Below, piece by piece: positions 61,836 through 64,000 of a DNA stretch of 64,000 nucleotides (within the stretch, counting starts at the first letter, position 1; each line of letters starts with the position of its first letter). This DNA comes from Mobula hypostoma. Taxonomy: Eukaryota. A program made the position numbers and the translations under genes. The notes beneath the pieces were generated by a model. The model was not told the DNA's origin. It made no database searches and saw nothing but the letters and a program-made list of their open reading frames with translations. Where the stretch lies: positions 17,236,001-17,300,000 of the forward strand of contig NC_086097.1 in NCBI RefSeq assembly GCF_963921235.1, read 5' to 3'.

Positions 61836-64000
61836 ATAATGGACTACAAGTCAGTTAGAATGAGTCACTAGTTTTCTTTATCATTCATCTTCAGGATCTG
61901 GCCATGGTTGGCAATGCCAGCGGTTACTGCCCAATGTTAAATGTCCATAAATGGACTTCTTGATCTGATGAGAATGTAGCAGTGATTCATGGATGGTTTG
62001 CCAGGCTGCTTCAGAGCTTTTTAACAGTCAAGCACATGGTGTGGTCTGGAATCAAAGGTATACAGGCCAGGCCAGGAGGGCAACTTTCTTTCCCTGAAGG
62101 GTATAACTGGACTAGGATGGTTTTTCTGACAACCTGGTTGGTTTTGTTGTACGTTGGTAAATTTGTTTATGATTGTCATGTGTGCTGAGATACAGTGACA
62201 AACTGTTGGTTGATAACTAGTGACCGTTAGTGAGATCAGTTGAAGTTAATTTAGATCCTCAGCTGGTCCTCAGGATTTCTTGGCCAGATCTGTGAATTAA
62301 TACTTTATTAATTTAACCACCAAACCAGGGCTTGACCTTCATTCAGTTCCTCATCACTATAAATGTACTGATGATGGAGTAAATGGAATAAAAACCAGTT
62401 TCTAATTGTTTTGCGCTCATCCAGAAATATAACCAGGCCCTTCTCAGCACGAGTCACTCATGTGATCGTAGTGTCTTGAGCTCTTCAGATAGTGCCATTC
62501 CCTACTGGAGCAGTGAAACTCGGCATCATTGCCTCAGTCGCCACCATTCTTGGACAGTCCCAGAATAACAATGTCATTGTGGGACTGGAACCCACAAAAA
62601 TAAATCCTGTTTAACCTTTTTATCATTTACATCTCTAAATTACCAGTTGTTTGATCAATAATCTGTGCAGCTCCAATCAGAGGTCTGTGAAATCTGATCC
62701 CTCCTTCCTCCTCAAACCCTAGACTCAACTCGGTCCTCGAGTTTCTGTTTATATCCTGATGAAGCACAATAGTGCATGAGTCCTTGGGCTTATGATTAAA
62801 CTGGCTGTTGATCCACTGCCTACCTACTAGGCCACAGAGACTTTCTTGGCTGCTCAGACTTTTTAAGAACCAATGGTGTCATCTGACCTGCATGAAGTAA
62901 CTCAGAGCAGCAGTTCCACTGGACCATAAATCCCATCGATGCATGAAACTGCTGAATATAAAAGGAATTAAAATTGAAAGTGCATGGCAACCAATTGAAG
63001 TTAAGAAGCCAGAGCAAACAACAACTTCCTTTAATCACAGGAAACCACAAAACTCATGTTGTCAAAGCTGATCATCAGCATTGCAGAAACCTTATGAAAA
63101 TTCAGACCAAATCTTGTGAACAATCTTACAAATCCCTGGTAATCTCCTGGAGCATTGGAAGCAGTGGGGATTTAGAAGGGGAATGAGAAGAATGGGTCTT
63201 TGTGCTCCTTCATGCGAAAGTGCAGAATATATATCGGTCCTCTAGGGCCTGTAACAGTTCCCAGTTATATCAGCTAACTTGCTTGGAATAGTATATGTGG
63301 GTCTAGATTTCTCTAACAAATCCACAACTTCACAGGAACAACTGAGATTCCCAGCTTTAGCTGGGTTGTTGTTGGACTAGTCTCATTCTTCAGTATTCAG
63401 TAAAATTAAGACAGCCTGTGCATTCTCCCCGCGGTATCTCTCTACAATAGGATTGCTTCAGTATAGGACAGATGAAACAAGTTTAGCCATTCACCAACAA
63501 CTTGCGGCACTTTAAAAAAACAATGTCTCTAACTTGAACTAAAACTATTCAAGATTGGGACATTGTATTTGTGGGCTGCCCTCATAAAGTCGATATGGAG
63601 GGTCTTTTTTTCAAATATGAGACTGACAATGTTGGGCTCATGAGAGATAGAGCCTGAACTAAAAGTTAAAAGATTGCACAAGAACAAAAATTAACAACCT
63701 CAGGAGGCAGTTAAACAAATGCTCCAGATTCCAATATCTGCAGTCTCCTGTGTCTTCTTCTAAAACCAGCAATGATGCAGGGAAGGTCATTGAATTGTTT
63801 GTGAAGCCTAACCAACAAGGTCACATCTGCGGTTTTAGAAAGATGATGGACTCATTTCTTTCTTCATCACCCTGACCTTTGAAGCTGTGAGACCTAAAAT
63901 GAACTCATCATGTACAAAAGGAGATCCAAAAAACTGTTGGTTCAGTAGGTCAACAACGGGGGCTTTCTTGACTTAACAGAGATTCTGATCATCATCCCTT

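Noticed and set aside
62755..62782. CTGATGA-a-gcac-aata-gtgc hammerhead-like start
   Set aside because: No GAAA after stem II and no stem I partner

Overview
Vertebrate, repeat-dominated genomic DNA. The repeat inventory (CR1/HER1-like LINEs, HE1-like V-SINEs, Rex1/Babar LINEs, Tc1 elements, short palindromic Penelope-type ends) is typical of a cartilaginous fish, most likely a ray (inference). No complete host gene is recognisable. Every long ORF is a retrotransposon or transposase fragment, so the window looks like a very large intron or intergenic tract. Highlights: (1) a family of short, often inverted, TSD-flanked repeats carrying a minimal type-I hammerhead ribozyme motif (best copies 9803-9838 and 56199-56236), as described for Penelope-like elements; (2) a 1.25-kb fold-back Tc1 derivative built from two 3' ends; (3) a near full-length CR1 with a zinc-finger/SGNH-esterase ORF1 and nested insertions; (4) in the unique DNA, a tight E-box/CArG/E-box/MCAT module, a TATA/MEF2 candidate promoter with a short exon, further candidate + strand mini-exons and a TGCATG cluster. 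Together these hint at an unidentified + strand, muscle-regulated host gene. Repeat boundaries are read by eye and approximate unless TSD/TIR coordinates are given.
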